A stretch of DNA of 64,000 bases from Candidatus Omnitrophota bacterium (GTDB taxonomy: Bacteria; Omnitrophota; Gorgyraeia; Zapsychrales; Zapsychraceae): positions 1,022,361 to 1,086,360 of the forward strand of contig JBFWOS010000001.1 of NCBI GenBank assembly GCA_050250375.1, in the 5' to 3' direction. Position 1 is the stretch's first letter. Each line of letters begins with the position of its first letter. The notes beneath the pieces are model-generated. The model was given only the letters and a program-made list of their open reading frames with translations, ran no database searches and had not been told where the DNA came from. This document shows positions 18,609 to 28,485 of this stretch, piece after piece. Both the position numbers and the translations under genes were made by a program.

Positions 18609-19220
18609 CTATTTCTCGATAATCTCAACCCGGCGGGCGCTGATCACTTTCAGGCATCCTTTTTCGTGCAGCGCGATGGCTTGTTTGAAAATCTTGTATT
18701 CGACTTTGTGGATTTTTTCGGTGAGAGACTCCAGCGTTTCATCATTGGCCACTTTAACCGTTTCCTGCAGGATGATCGGCCCGTTGTCCATCTTCTCGTT
18801 GACATAATGGACCGTAACCCCGGTCTGTTTGACCCCGTACGTAAACGCGTCTTTAATTCCGTTCGCCCCTTTAAAAGACGGCAATAAAGACGGATGGATA
18901 TTGATGATCCGGTTGGTATATTCCTTGATAAAATACGGTGTAAATATCACCATGTACCCGGCCGTGACAATAAAATCAATATTGGCCTGTTTGAGGTGGA
19001 TAACGACATCCCGTTCAAAACTCTGCGGGTTGGTATAATCTTTCGGATTGAGATGGAGGGTTTCAAGGCCGGCTTCCACGGCGAGTTTTAGCCCGCCGGA
19101 TTTGGGTTTGTTGGAAAATACCATGGCCAACTTGGACGTAATTTCCCCTTTGTTGACCGCCTCGATAATGGCTTTAAGATTGGTTCCTGCTCCTGATACA
19201 AAAACGGCAAATCTTTTCAT
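18609..19220 (-). CDS. purN: Phosphoribosylglycinamide formyltransferase
   Basis: VSGAGTNLKAII, INIHPSLLPSFKG, TGVTVHYV..MDNGPII. Confidence 0.97.
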   Translation of the reverse strand: MKRFAVFVSGAGTNLKAIIEAVNKGEITSKLAMVFSNKPKSGGLKLAVEAGLETLHLNPKDYTNPQSFERDVVIHLKQANIDFIVTAGYMVIFTPYFIKEYTNRIINIHPSLLPSFKGANGIKDAFTYGVKQTGVTVHYVNEKMDNGPIILQETVKVANDETLESLTEKIHKVEYKIFKQAIALHEKGCLKVISARRVEIIEK

Positions 19221-19298
19221 TGAGTTTCACATTCGATCAGTAATTGGTCCGTTAGGCTAAAACTATTCTTACTAAGTATGCCACGTTCTTAAGAAATT

Positions 19299-20882
19299 TC
19301 AATCTTTTGTTGCCTTTATCATTTCCAGCTGACCAGCGATCTCTTTCGCTTTTTCGGTCTGGCCGCTCTCTTCATATTGCTCGATCAACCGGCTGTAAAC
19401 GTACTCTAAATTTCCTTTATACGAACCTTCAAGGATACCTACTTCCTTAACATTGCGATATTGGGCCAGGGCCTCTTCATATTTCCCCTGGTCGGCCAGG
19501 GCCTTGCCCAGACCGATCAGGGCCTTTGTATTATAGGGTTCATAATTCAGGGTCTGGCGGTAATGGTACTCCGCCTCTTCAAATTTTCCGGCATACCCAT
19601 AACATACCGCCAGGGAATTACGCACCCGGTGATTGCCAGGGTTATGTTCCAGGGACCGCTTAAACATGGCGATCTGGTTGGTCGCGTAGACATTCTGCTG
19701 AAGCAGGGTCAAAAATAAAAACAGGATATACCCGCCGACAAGGATTTGTTTGATCGACGGCTTTAAACTGCCGGGCCGTGAAAGAATGTTTTGAGTCACC
19801 GTCACCAGAAGGACGATCGCACCGATAACCGGCAGGTATAAAAAATGGTCGCTGGTCGAAATCCTTCCGCCGGGCGCGCGGATCGGGATGATCTGGGCGA
19901 CTGTGCCGAAATTAAGCACAATCCAGGATATAAAAAACAACAATGCCGCCGGTATCTTGCGGCGGTTCAGGAAAATCGCGGTAAAGACACCCGCCCACAC
20001 ACACAAAGAAAGCATCAATACCGGGTCCCCGGGGCGGACAAACAAAAGTGTCGTATGGTCATAATAAAAGTCAACCGGAAGCAGGATCTGCCGGGTGAAA
20101 TACAGGCAGGTTTTAAGAAATGTGCCTACCCCCAGCCATACTTCCAGCGGCGTATCCCAGGCGGTGACCCGGGTAATCCCCAGGAGGCGGCGGATGATAA
20201 AATAAAATACCATCAAAGCCATATACGGCCACAACAAACCGTACGACCGGCCTTTGTCTTTGTCCCGCATAAAAAAAAGATACCCGGCCAGGACAAACGG
20301 CAGCATGACCGCTGATTCTTTGGACAAAAGCGCCAGGATAAAACAAACCACCGATATATAATAGAAAGGATTCTTTTTATCCTGTGTTTCAAATTTGAGA
20401 AAACTGTAGAACGAAGACAGGAAAAAGAAGGAACACAGCAGGATGGAACGTCCCGGGATGTTGGACACAGCCTCCCAGTGCACGGGATGAATCACAAAGA
20501 TAAACGCGCTGAAAAAACCGGTTCTTTTATCTTTCATCAGCGACGTCACGATCCAAAAAACAAACAATGCATTACCGATGTGTAGAAATAAATTCGTCAA
20601 ATTGTAAAAAAAAGATTTCAGGGCGAACAGGTGAAATTCCGCCATAAAAGACACTAAAACCAGCGGCCGGTAATAAGATCCTTCCATAAAAAATGATGTC
20701 GTGAAAATCTCGCCGATACGGCTGATGTGTTTGATCCGGGGGTTGTTGACGATGGAGACCAGGTCGTCCATGGTCTTGAACTGGGTGGGCAAAACAACGG
20801 CATACCCGGCCAATCCGGCCAAAGCCAGGCACAGGATTATATTGCGGTTACGACTCAGTATTTTGGATAAGAATGAATTCAT
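19299..20882 (-). CDS. TMTC-like GT-C glycosyltransferase with C-terminal TPR repeats
   Basis: MDD..IVNNP, YYRPL, HPVHWEAVSNI.GR, LLSKES and DHFLYLP motifs; TPR tail. Confidence 0.75.
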   Translation of the reverse strand: MNSFLSKILSRNRNIILCLALAGLAGYAVVLPTQFKTMDDLVSIVNNPRIKHISRIGEIFTTSFFMEGSYYRPLVLVSFMAEFHLFALKSFFYNLTNLFLHIGNALFVFWIVTSLMKDKRTGFFSAFIFVIHPVHWEAVSNIPGRSILLCSFFFLSSFYSFLKFETQDKKNPFYYISVVCFILALLSKESAVMLPFVLAGYLFFMRDKDKGRSYGLLWPYMALMVFYFIIRRLLGITRVTAWDTPLEVWLGVGTFLKTCLYFTRQILLPVDFYYDHTTLLFVRPGDPVLMLSLCVWAGVFTAIFLNRRKIPAALLFFISWIVLNFGTVAQIIPIRAPGGRISTSDHFLYLPVIGAIVLLVTVTQNILSRPGSLKPSIKQILVGGYILFLFLTLLQQNVYATNQIAMFKRSLEHNPGNHRVRNSLAVCYGYAGKFEEAEYHYRQTLNYEPYNTKALIGLGKALADQGKYEEALAQYRNVKEVGILEGSYKGNLEYVYSRLIEQYEESGQTEKAKEIAGQLEMIKATKD

Positions 20883-20927
20883 GAACGATCGTTCATCAGG
20901 CCGGGCCGCCCGTGATTCCGCCGGCCG

Positions 20928-21329
20928 TTATTCAGGGATGGATAGTTTCTGTGTTGCCTGTCCCTTGCGTTCAAAACGCGGGCCGATCCGGATTTCATCC
21001 AGTTTGTACTGGCCGTCGACCGTTTTAACGATAAAATAAAGCAGATAATTTTCATCCGGGTAACCGAATATATCAACATCCACCATGACGAAATATCCGC
21101 CTTCGGCCTCTTTGATATTGCCGAGAATCCCGTACAGTTCAAACCATTCCTCCTGTCCGGTCTCAGGATGCTGCAGACTGAAAATCCCGCTGTTTTTGGA
21201 CTCATTCATAATGAAATCCTTGGTGAATTTCAGGATTTCCTCGGACTGCTGTTCTGTCAGCGCGGCAGACGCGGTATGTACGCCCAGCACGAATATTAAA
21301 CTTAAAACCAGTAAAATTCGTTTTTTCAT
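20928..21329 (-). CDS. Hypothetical secreted protein
   Basis: Signal peptide MKKRILLVLSLIFVLGVHTASAA after a GAGGGG SD. Confidence 0.65.
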   Translation of the reverse strand: MKKRILLVLSLIFVLGVHTASAALTEQQSEEILKFTKDFIMNESKNSGIFSLQHPETGQEEWFELYGILGNIKEAEGGYFVMVDVDIFGYPDENYLLYFIVKTVDGQYKLDEIRIGPRFERKGQATQKLSIPE

Positions 21330-21475
21330 AGATATCCCCTCGAAGAAGATTTTAATATAATTATTGTCATTATAATCAGAATTGCCGGAAAAACAAGGGC
21401 TATAGGAAGAATTATGGGGAAACAATGTCCCCATTTATCATAGTTATTTTCACAAATTATGTACAAATAAAGACA

Positions 21476-21718
21476 TCAAATCAATCTCTTTTTCAAAAAA
21501 GCCCAACCCGAACCTTTTTTAAGGTATCTTTCAAAGTCTCTGGCCTTATTTTCCGATGTAAATACAAGATATGTGTGAATCTCCCAAGGTGCATACTTTC
21601 TGGAGTAACTTGATTTTTTTGCGTTATGGGCGGTTAGCCTTTTCTTTAGATCTGTCGTAAATCCGACATAATGTTTGTTTGGCATACTTTGGCTGCGCAG
21701 AATATAGACAACATACAT
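21476..21718 (-). CDS. Stand-alone GIY-YIG nuclease (UPF0213/YhbQ-like)
   Basis: YVVYIL...HYVGFTTDLKKRLTAHN...FERYLKKGSG. Confidence 0.88.
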   Translation of the reverse strand: MYVVYILRSQSMPNKHYVGFTTDLKKRLTAHNAKKSSYSRKYAPWEIHTYLVFTSENKARDFERYLKKGSGWAFLKKRLI

Positions 21719-21760
21719 TGTGGTTTGTTTGGTAATCGAGTGAAATCGGGGGTGGGTTAG

Positions 21761-21890
21761 GCTCTACTTCGCTAAATACTTCGTCGGACTGCGTCCTCCT
21801 TCGTGTTTAGCTGCGTAGAGCATTCTTCGAAGTCAAAACACGAAGTTCTGAGCCAACGGCTCAGAACGAAGAATTTTGACGTAGAAGAAT
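21761..21890. repeat. Two abutting nested bulged hairpins between the GIY-YIG gene and tRNA-Phe
   Basis: A (21761-21821): gctctac/gtagagc, gctaaatac/gtgtttagc, ggac/gtcc. B (21822-21890): attcttc/gaagaat, gtcaaaa/ttttgac, gttctgagcc/ggctcagaac. Confidence 0.75.
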
Positions 21891-21965
21891 GGTGCCGAGA
21901 CCCAGAATTGAACTGGGGACACAAGGCTTTTCAGGCCTCTGCTCTACCAACTGAGCTATCTCGGC
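21890..21965 (-). tRNA. tRNA-Phe (GAA)
   Basis: gccgagatagctcagttggtagagcagaggcctGAAaagccttgtgtccccagttcaattctgggtctcggcacca. Confidence 0.96.
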
Positions 21966-22054
21966 ACATCTACAAAAGTCAGGCGTCAAATCAAAGCCCC
22001 ATTGTATACAACCGCTTCCTCATTGTCAATAGATTCTAAAAGGCTGGATTCGGG

Positions 22055-22453
22055 TTATTCGTTGAGCGTGCTCATGATCTTGACGAACACATTTTGGGCC
22101 GTGGAAATCTTCGGGAAAAGAAATTTTCTGGCCTTCACGCTGATCCGGCAGGTACCGCCGTCCATGGACTGGATCGTGACCCTGACCTTGGCGCGGTCAA
22201 TATTCGCCAGGATAATTCCGGCATCCTCTGATGATTCCTGGACCGTCCCCATGATGGACACGATTTCCAGGGATGTGTCCCAGACGGTTGTCTGGTCATT
22301 GGTCGTAATCCCTTCCACCGTATCCGGACTGACCACGTAACCGCCCAAGGCCCCGATCCCTCCGACCACCAGGTACACACAACCGCTTAAAGAAAAAAGA
22401 ACCGGCAGCATTAATATTTTCTTGATCCATGTGAAACGGGTGCGCCAGTTCAA
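22055..22453 (-). CDS. Lipoprotein (DUF3568-like)
   Basis: Lipobox LSGC followed by the glycine-rich VVGGIGALGGY; AAGGAG SD before a TTG start. Confidence 0.65.
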   Translation of the reverse strand: MNWRTRFTWIKKILMLPVLFSLSGCVYLVVGGIGALGGYVVSPDTVEGITTNDQTTVWDTSLEIVSIMGTVQESSEDAGIILANIDRAKVRVTIQSMDGGTCRISVKARKFLFPKISTAQNVFVKIMSTLNE

Positions 22454-22824
22454 CTCTCTCTCCTTTTTTTAAAAATATTAAAATTTTCCGACGGGTTTAT
22501 GGCCGGATTAACCGTATGGATTTCCTGTCCGCGTTCAAAATAATTCTATCGCCTGAAGAATGGTGCGGGCAGGCGTGTTGTTCTTCACTCAAAAGAATAT
22601 TGAAACATATCTAATATTTAATTAATTTACGGAAAGGCTTAACAACTATGTAGTATTCTACAAAGGATCATTTCTGTTGTCGATGGAATTTGAAATTATT
22701 TTTCGATCAATGGGCGGTTTGGCGGGATTTGAGGACACTTCTTCCGGGTTTCCCCGGATATTTTTCACCTCTACACAATATTTAATATTTCTGACCGTTC
22801 AACGGCATACACCGGAGCCCGCGA

Positions 22825-22905
22825 TTAACCCCGGCAGGGCTTTGTTCCGTGATTGGCCTTTTTTGATCGCCAGTTTAATTTTCCTCGTCTTTTTTTCTTA
22901 CTCAT
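22825..22905 (-). CDS. 26-aa basic peptide resembling ribosomal protein bL37
   Basis: MSKKKRRGKLNWRSKKANHGTKPCRG*, with a GAGGAG SD 6 nt upstream. The KANHGxxP motif matches actinobacterial bL37 as recalled from memory. Confidence 0.65.
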   Translation of the reverse strand: MSKKKRRGKLNWRSKKANHGTKPCRG

Positions 22906-23037
22906 GATGAACTCCTCATTTCTTTTTTGGTAGTATTTTCAGTATTGACCGCATCCAACCAGCAAAACAAATACCATAATTTTGACTGAATATTTAAGTT
23001 ATAGTTATACCGAAAAACGTCCGGAAAATCAACGTTT

Positions 23038-23706
23038 TTATTTCTTCAGGCTTAAATCCCCGTTCGCCAGGATTTTAGCCACATCTTTGACGTTTCCGAT
23101 TATGGCCAGGGGGTTATGGCTGACCATATCCTCATAGGTATGTGAGCCGGTGGTAACCCCAACGGTCCTGACGCGGGCATCATTCCCGGCCTGGATGTCG
23201 ATGACCATATCGCCCACATAAAGCGCCTGGTCAGCGGCCAATGAAAATTTCTGCAGAATCTGCACCAGCATGTCCCCGGCCGGTTTGGGGTTTTCGACCT
23301 TGTCCCCGCATAAAATGTAATCAAACTGGTCCTTGAAATTCAGCTGTTTCAGGATCATATGGGTGAAGCGCGTCGGCCGGTTGCTGGCAATGGCCGTCAG
23401 ATAACCTTTTTCTTTCAGAACACCGACCAATTCCTTCGCCCCGGGCAGAAATTTGACCCCGGTCTTGATCGCAAAACGGTGATGCTGGCGGAACACCGAC
23501 AATGTCTTGTCCAGATCCCCTTCACGGACAAACCGGGAGATCAGGACCCGTTCCCCCCAGCCGACATTGCGTTCTATCACATCCTGGCTGACCGTTTCAT
23601 ATCCCATATAACTCAAGGCATGATTGACGCTCTGGGAAACCGCCTTAAAAGCATCAACCAGGGTCCCATCCAGATCAAAAATAACCAGCTTAATGCTGCG
23701 TTCCAT
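23038..23706 (-). CDS. HAD-IA hydrolase (phosphoglycolate phosphatase-like)
   Basis: FDLDGTLVD, ASN, KP and YVGDMVIDIQAG motifs. Confidence 0.9.
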   Translation of the reverse strand: MERSIKLVIFDLDGTLVDAFKAVSQSVNHALSYMGYETVSQDVIERNVGWGERVLISRFVREGDLDKTLSVFRQHHRFAIKTGVKFLPGAKELVGVLKEKGYLTAIASNRPTRFTHMILKQLNFKDQFDYILCGDKVENPKPAGDMLVQILQKFSLAADQALYVGDMVIDIQAGNDARVRTVGVTTGSHTYEDMVSHNPLAIIGNVKDVAKILANGDLSLKK

Positions 23707-23733
23707 TCTAAGAAGACTGCTCCCGTTTTAGGA

Positions 23734-24360
23734 TCATTTCGTGGGGTTAACGACTCCGCCGGAGATCAGGAATTTAAATGCCCCCTCAATCGACATGTTC
23801 AGGAAAATCAGGTCTGTCCGGGGAATAATGGTGGTAAATCCGGTCAAAGGACTGGGTGACGTCGGAATAAACACATTACACACATCCTGTTTCGTTTTAT
23901 CCAGGATTTCTTTCGGTGAATCGTTGGTCAGAAATCCGACCGCGTAAATCCCTTTGCGCGGGTATTCAACCAGGACAACCTGTTTAAAATTCGCCACCTT
24001 GTCCCGGGGAAATAAAAATATGATCATCTCCTTAAATGCGGGATAAACCTGCCTGAAAAACGGCAGTTTGACCAGCGTCTGTTCAAACAGTTCATAAACT
24101 TTCTTCCCGATAAAATTGCGGGCGAGGATCCCGATCAGGATGATTAGAAACACGCCGATCAGCGCGCACAGGAAATGGAACGCGAAACGGTGGACCCCTT
24201 CAAAATAATACCCGTACTTTTCAAAAATGATCGGTTCAATGAACTTGGCGATCTGGCCGTCCAGAAAATTGAGCGTGAGGATAAAAAGGTAAGCCGTCAG
24301 GGCCATCGGCAAAAAAATGACCAGACCCGATATAAAATAATTTCTTATTTTAGTCAACAT
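23734..24360 (-). CDS. DUF502 family membrane protein
   Basis: RNYFISGL..FLP, VVLVEYPRKG, VFIPTSPSPLTGF, FLISGG. Confidence 0.85.
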   Translation of the reverse strand: MLTKIRNYFISGLVIFLPMALTAYLFILTLNFLDGQIAKFIEPIIFEKYGYYFEGVHRFAFHFLCALIGVFLIILIGILARNFIGKKVYELFEQTLVKLPFFRQVYPAFKEMIIFLFPRDKVANFKQVVLVEYPRKGIYAVGFLTNDSPKEILDKTKQDVCNVFIPTSPSPLTGFTTIIPRTDLIFLNMSIEGAFKFLISGGVVNPTK

Positions 24361-24430
24361 GCAACAACTCCCGGTTTGTACCTAATCTGTTTTAAATAAC
24401 TCAACCGTTTACCGCTTTAAAAATAAAACT

Positions 24431-24625
24431 TCATTTCTTTAAAGAATAAAGAACCAATAATCCGCCGACAGCGATGATAAACCCGATGGAACCCCGGACG
24501 ATCGTTGCCAGGTCGTCAAACCAGACCAGGATCAATGTCACTCCGACCAGAACGGCAAAACATCCGGCCAAAAACTTGATATACGTCTTGTCCTGCAATT
24601 TGTCTTCTGCCTTTTTCATAATCAT
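24431..24625 (-). CDS. Small two-TM membrane protein
   Basis: Two hydrophobic helices; start overlaps the upstream stop. Confidence 0.6.
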   Translation of the reverse strand: MIMKKAEDKLQDKTYIKFLAGCFAVLVGVTLILVWFDDLATIVRGSIGFIIAVGGLLVLYSLKK

Positions 24626-25569
24626 CCTGCCTTTTTCTGTTTACGTGTGTTATGAGCTGTCGGCCGGCTTTTCCAGCGCCGGTGCATCCAGCCCCATTCA
24701 TGCGGATACCGGCGCACATACTGTTCGATGATCTGCGTGATCTTGCAAATATTGACTTGCAGCATCTCTTCGTTGTCTACATTGTCCGATATGGTCAGCT
24801 CCGGTTCAACAATTATTTTATGCATCCCGTTTTCCTGACGAATGATAAACATCAGGATAATCGGCGCCCCGGTGCGTTTGGACAATATGACCGGGCCGGT
24901 GGCCGTCGCAGCTTTCTGGCCGAAAAAATCCACGAACACCGAACCGGCGCTGCCCGCGTTCTGGTCCAGCGGAACAAACAGCACTTCGTTCTTGCGCAGC
25001 GCCTCCAGGGATTGTGAAACACATTGCTGGCGGGGCACGGCATAAATGGTATTCAAACCCGCGTCTGTTCTTTTCTGTAAAAGATATTCTTCGATCTTTT
25101 CATCCCTGGCCGGACGGATGATGGAATTGACCTTGTAACCCCGCAGAGCGCAAAAAAACATCATCAACGGAAAATTCCCGAAATGGGCGGTGACCGCGAT
25201 CACCCCCTTCCCCTTCTTGAGGGCCTCATCAAGGTGTTCTTTGCCGTCGATATAAACCGTTTGGGTCACTTTTTCCGGATTTGCCAGATAATAGGACATC
25301 TCGATCATGGCCAGCCCGAAATTGCGGAAACATTTTTTGGTAATCGCCGTTAATTCTTCCTTGGTCTTGTCCTTGCCGAACGCGATCTCCAGGCTTTCGG
25401 CGGCGATGCGCCGATGCCGGATCGTAAACTGATACCCGATGCTGATCGCAACGATCGCCAGACCGCGCACCATCCAATACGGAAGGTATTTCAGCAGCCA
25501 CGAAAAAAAATAAAGCCCCTGCCGGGCCATGGCCCGCTGGAACGTTTTAACATATTTATTCTTGCTCAT
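24622..25569 (-). CDS. Lipid A late acyltransferase (LpxL/HtrB family)
   Basis: TAHFGNF, LDQN, VDFFGQKA.T.TGP, YPHEWGWMHRRWK. Confidence 0.88.
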   Translation of the reverse strand: MSKNKYVKTFQRAMARQGLYFFSWLLKYLPYWMVRGLAIVAISIGYQFTIRHRRIAAESLEIAFGKDKTKEELTAITKKCFRNFGLAMIEMSYYLANPEKVTQTVYIDGKEHLDEALKKGKGVIAVTAHFGNFPLMMFFCALRGYKVNSIIRPARDEKIEEYLLQKRTDAGLNTIYAVPRQQCVSQSLEALRKNEVLFVPLDQNAGSAGSVFVDFFGQKAATATGPVILSKRTGAPIILMFIIRQENGMHKIIVEPELTISDNVDNEEMLQVNICKITQIIEQYVRRYPHEWGWMHRRWKSRPTAHNTRKQKKAG

Positions 25570-25606
25570 ATTAAATTTAAAACTCGGAAATGGTGTCGTT
25601 CTAAGA

Positions 25607-26338
25607 TCAACGATTTAGGACGCCCTGAATCGTGACAATCAAACTTTCGGCATTAACGGGTTTGGTCAGATGCGCTTCGGCGCCTGCGCTCATCTCCGCG
25701 TCAATATCATCCTGGGAATCCTTCGCCGTCAAGAAAATGACCGGAATATCCCTGGTCTCGGCGTCTTCTTTGAGCCGTTTGCAAACGTCCCGCCCCTTGA
25801 TCCCGGGCAGAATGACATCCAGCAGGATCAGGTTAGGCCTTTGATGTTTGGCAATATGCAGTCCGTCTTCACCGACATTCGCCGTCAACACCGAGTACCC
25901 GTGTGAAATCAGGATCGGACGGACCGTCCGGACCAGGACTTCATCATCATCCACGATCAGGATACTCTGCCATTTCCGTTTCAAAGAACGGAAATGCAGT
26001 TTGATATCCGGCTGGATAAAATAGGCGCCGAAAATAAAAGCGCCCAGGACATAGGCGACGGAAACGATATCAGGAAATTGAAACAGCAGGACCAGCATGT
26101 AAACGCCCAGGGCCAGATTCCCCATGACCAGGATTTTTCTGGCCGATTCACTTTTCCGGTATATGCCCAGCGCAGCCAGGAACAGCAGGCCGAATAAAAC
26201 GACCAGGCACCAGGCGTGGACAGAAAAATTCCCAATCCGGGTATAAAGGGCGAACAGCGACAATGAAGTCACGTACAGCAACGCCAACGTGAAACCGACT
26301 ATTTTGATCGCCTGGTACCTTTTTTTCATCGTCACCAT
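25607..26338 (-). CDS. Four-TM membrane domain fused to a response-regulator receiver
   Basis: N-terminal TMs; REC motifs ILIVDDD, ILLDVILP, FLTA, TKP; no output domain. Confidence 0.85.
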   Translation of the reverse strand: MVTMKKRYQAIKIVGFTLALLYVTSLSLFALYTRIGNFSVHAWCLVVLFGLLFLAALGIYRKSESARKILVMGNLALGVYMLVLLFQFPDIVSVAYVLGAFIFGAYFIQPDIKLHFRSLKRKWQSILIVDDDEVLVRTVRPILISHGYSVLTANVGEDGLHIAKHQRPNLILLDVILPGIKGRDVCKRLKEDAETRDIPVIFLTAKDSQDDIDAEMSAGAEAHLTKPVNAESLIVTIQGVLNR

Positions 26339-26440
26339 ATCATTAACCTCATTGTAGATTTATTTTAATTGGACGTTCGGCTGTCTGAAGCGGAATCCAC
26401 GCTTATGATCATTATAAATAATACTGATATATATAAAAGT

Positions 26441-27934
26441 TTATTTTCTTCTTTTTAAAAGGAACAAACTTATTATATATCCGAGACATAAAAAGACAAA
26501 CGCATTGCCGAATTTCGTATAAAATGTCGTCCGTCCGTTCAGGGGGACATCAACAACCGCATACCCCTGGATATTGACTGACTTTCCGTGCTGATCAGCG
26601 ATCTGGGTTATGATGCGGCCGTAAGGATCAATGGCATTGCTGAGGCCGGTATTGGCCGAACGGACCAGGCTCCGGCGGTTTTCAACGGTACGGAATATTG
26701 ACGAACTCAGATGCAGGGTTGATGCCTTTGAGTCTCTGAACCAGGCGTCGTTCGTCATATTGACCAATAGTTTTGCGCCCCGCCGGACAAACGGCCTGGC
26801 CATGCCCGCGATGGTGTCTTCAAAACAGATCAAGACGCTGAAGGCCTTTGCGCCGGACGCGTTAAAAATCGCGTAATCTGACCCGCGGGTAAAATCGTCA
26901 ATCGGCACCCATTTCGCCAGGGGACCAATCAAATTCCGCCCGGGAAAAAATTCCCCGAAGGGCACCAGATGAATTTTGCTGTATTTCCGGACGATGTTAC
27001 CGTCGGCATCCGTCAGCATCACCGTATTAAAATAATCTTTATCTTTACGTTCAATCGCCCCGAGCAGGATCGGTCGTTTGACTTCACGGGCCAGATCTTC
27101 AATCTCGCTGAACAGCTGATCATCTTCCCCCAGGATCCCCGGGAAAGAAGTCTCCGGCCAAATAATCAATTCCGGCTGTTTTAAAGCCGTCTGGCGGGTC
27201 AGGGTCTTATGGGCCTTCATGATCATCGGCCAGGCAAATTCCTGCCACTTCATGTCCTGGTCGACGTTGCCCTGGACAATGCCCACCCTTAATGTTTCAG
27301 GCGGCAGAGGTTCGCGCAGCCGGACAACTCCGTACAGGAGATGGCTGATGAATACCGCGTAAAAAACACAACGAAACATGAACGGTTGACGGCGCCGCCG
27401 GATCTCCTTCAGAAAATAATTGGTCATAACGATAATAAAGGAAACCCCGAAAACACCGCTGAAATCAGCCATTTGGATGCTGCACAAATTTCTGAATTGT
27501 GAATGCCCCAGGCTGATCCAGTCAAATCCGGTAAATAAATGCGCGCGGACAAATTCCAGAACGGCCCATACCGACGGTAAAAAAAACAAACGCCTGACCG
27601 GAGACATGGCATGTGAAGAGCAATAAAAGAATCCAAACAGGGCGTAATACACGGCCAGATAGAAAAACAGGATAATCACACCGGCCCCGGCCACGACCGA
27701 AAACCATTCCGTAATATGGAACAGCCAGTACAGCGCCCCGAAAAATGTCAAAAACCCGCAGACAAATCCCGTCCTGAATCCCTGCCAGGGTGTTTTCCCG
27801 TCCAGGACGATCATAAACGGGACCAGGGCAATCCAGGCCAGCCCCCAGACTTCCAGACGGGGAAAGGCCATCGTTGTCAAAAGGGCCGTTAAAAAACAGC
27901 GTCCGAAATCCTTTAACCGGGTATGTGTGTTCAT
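26441..27934 (-). CDS. lnt: Apolipoprotein N-acyltransferase
   Basis: WPET, KIHLVPFGE, ICFED, TNDAWF, RSANTG. Confidence 0.96.
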   Translation of the reverse strand: MNTHTRLKDFGRCFLTALLTTMAFPRLEVWGLAWIALVPFMIVLDGKTPWQGFRTGFVCGFLTFFGALYWLFHITEWFSVVAGAGVIILFFYLAVYYALFGFFYCSSHAMSPVRRLFFLPSVWAVLEFVRAHLFTGFDWISLGHSQFRNLCSIQMADFSGVFGVSFIIVMTNYFLKEIRRRRQPFMFRCVFYAVFISHLLYGVVRLREPLPPETLRVGIVQGNVDQDMKWQEFAWPMIMKAHKTLTRQTALKQPELIIWPETSFPGILGEDDQLFSEIEDLAREVKRPILLGAIERKDKDYFNTVMLTDADGNIVRKYSKIHLVPFGEFFPGRNLIGPLAKWVPIDDFTRGSDYAIFNASGAKAFSVLICFEDTIAGMARPFVRRGAKLLVNMTNDAWFRDSKASTLHLSSSIFRTVENRRSLVRSANTGLSNAIDPYGRIITQIADQHGKSVNIQGYAVVDVPLNGRTTFYTKFGNAFVFLCLGYIISLFLLKRRK

Positions 27935-28485
27935 TTGTCTTTTTTATGGGTGGACATAAATAATTCCCTGATCCTTCTACGGCTGAAATAATATATAAAA
28001 GCCGAACAGAAAACGAAATCAATCAGCATATAGAAAAATCGTGATATTTTCGGATGCCAGGGATAAACCAGTTTGTATCCCTGCATATCCGGAGGATACA
28101 ACGGGTAGGCAAACTTGTCTAAGATCGTTCCCGCCGGAAAGGTGTTAATGCCGCGCTGGTATTCACTGTAAATAGAGATATTTTCAAAAACATAAAACGG
28201 ATGCCTCCAGTGAATTGTAAGCAGCGAGATACTGAATAACACAATGAGCGTCTGCCGGGCCGTTTCTTTTCGCGCGAACAGTCCGACAGCAATGAAGATC
28301 CCGGCAATCCTTGATCCGACGGAAATGATAAATCGATCATTGATCATCCCGGTGGGCATCTGCTGGAACATAAAAACGTAATAATCATAATTAAGAAACC
28401 CGTAGAGATTATAAATCGATCCGGCGATCAGCAGGGCAGAGAAAACGGCGATCCCCCTGGGTTTTGAATTTATTCCCCGCAGCAT
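27931..28485 (-). CDS. Hypothetical membrane protein (paralog of 33476-33997)
   Basis: Four TMs; HWRHPF and [13 protein letters not shown] motifs; probable start MLRGINSK overlaps the end of secA. Confidence 0.65.
   Translation of the reverse strand: MLRGINSKPRGIAVFSALLIAGSIYNLYGFLNYDYYVFMFQQMPTGMINDRFIISVGSRIAGIFIAVGLFARKETARQTLIVLFSISLLTIHWRHPFYVFENISIYSEYQRGINTFPAGTILDKFAYPLYPPDMQGYKLVYPWHPKISRFFYMLIDFVFCSAFIYYFSRRRIRELFMSTHKKDK

Noticed and set aside
21803-22039. 78-aa plus-strand ORF
   Set aside because: Antisense to tRNA-Phe and the hairpins; a typical spurious call.
22470-22600. Possible riboswitch/ncRNA or tRNA fragment (tggtgcgggc..., gaagaa/ttcttc stem)
   Set aside because: No recognisable cloverleaf or Rfam-type consensus by eye; an Infernal search would be needed.
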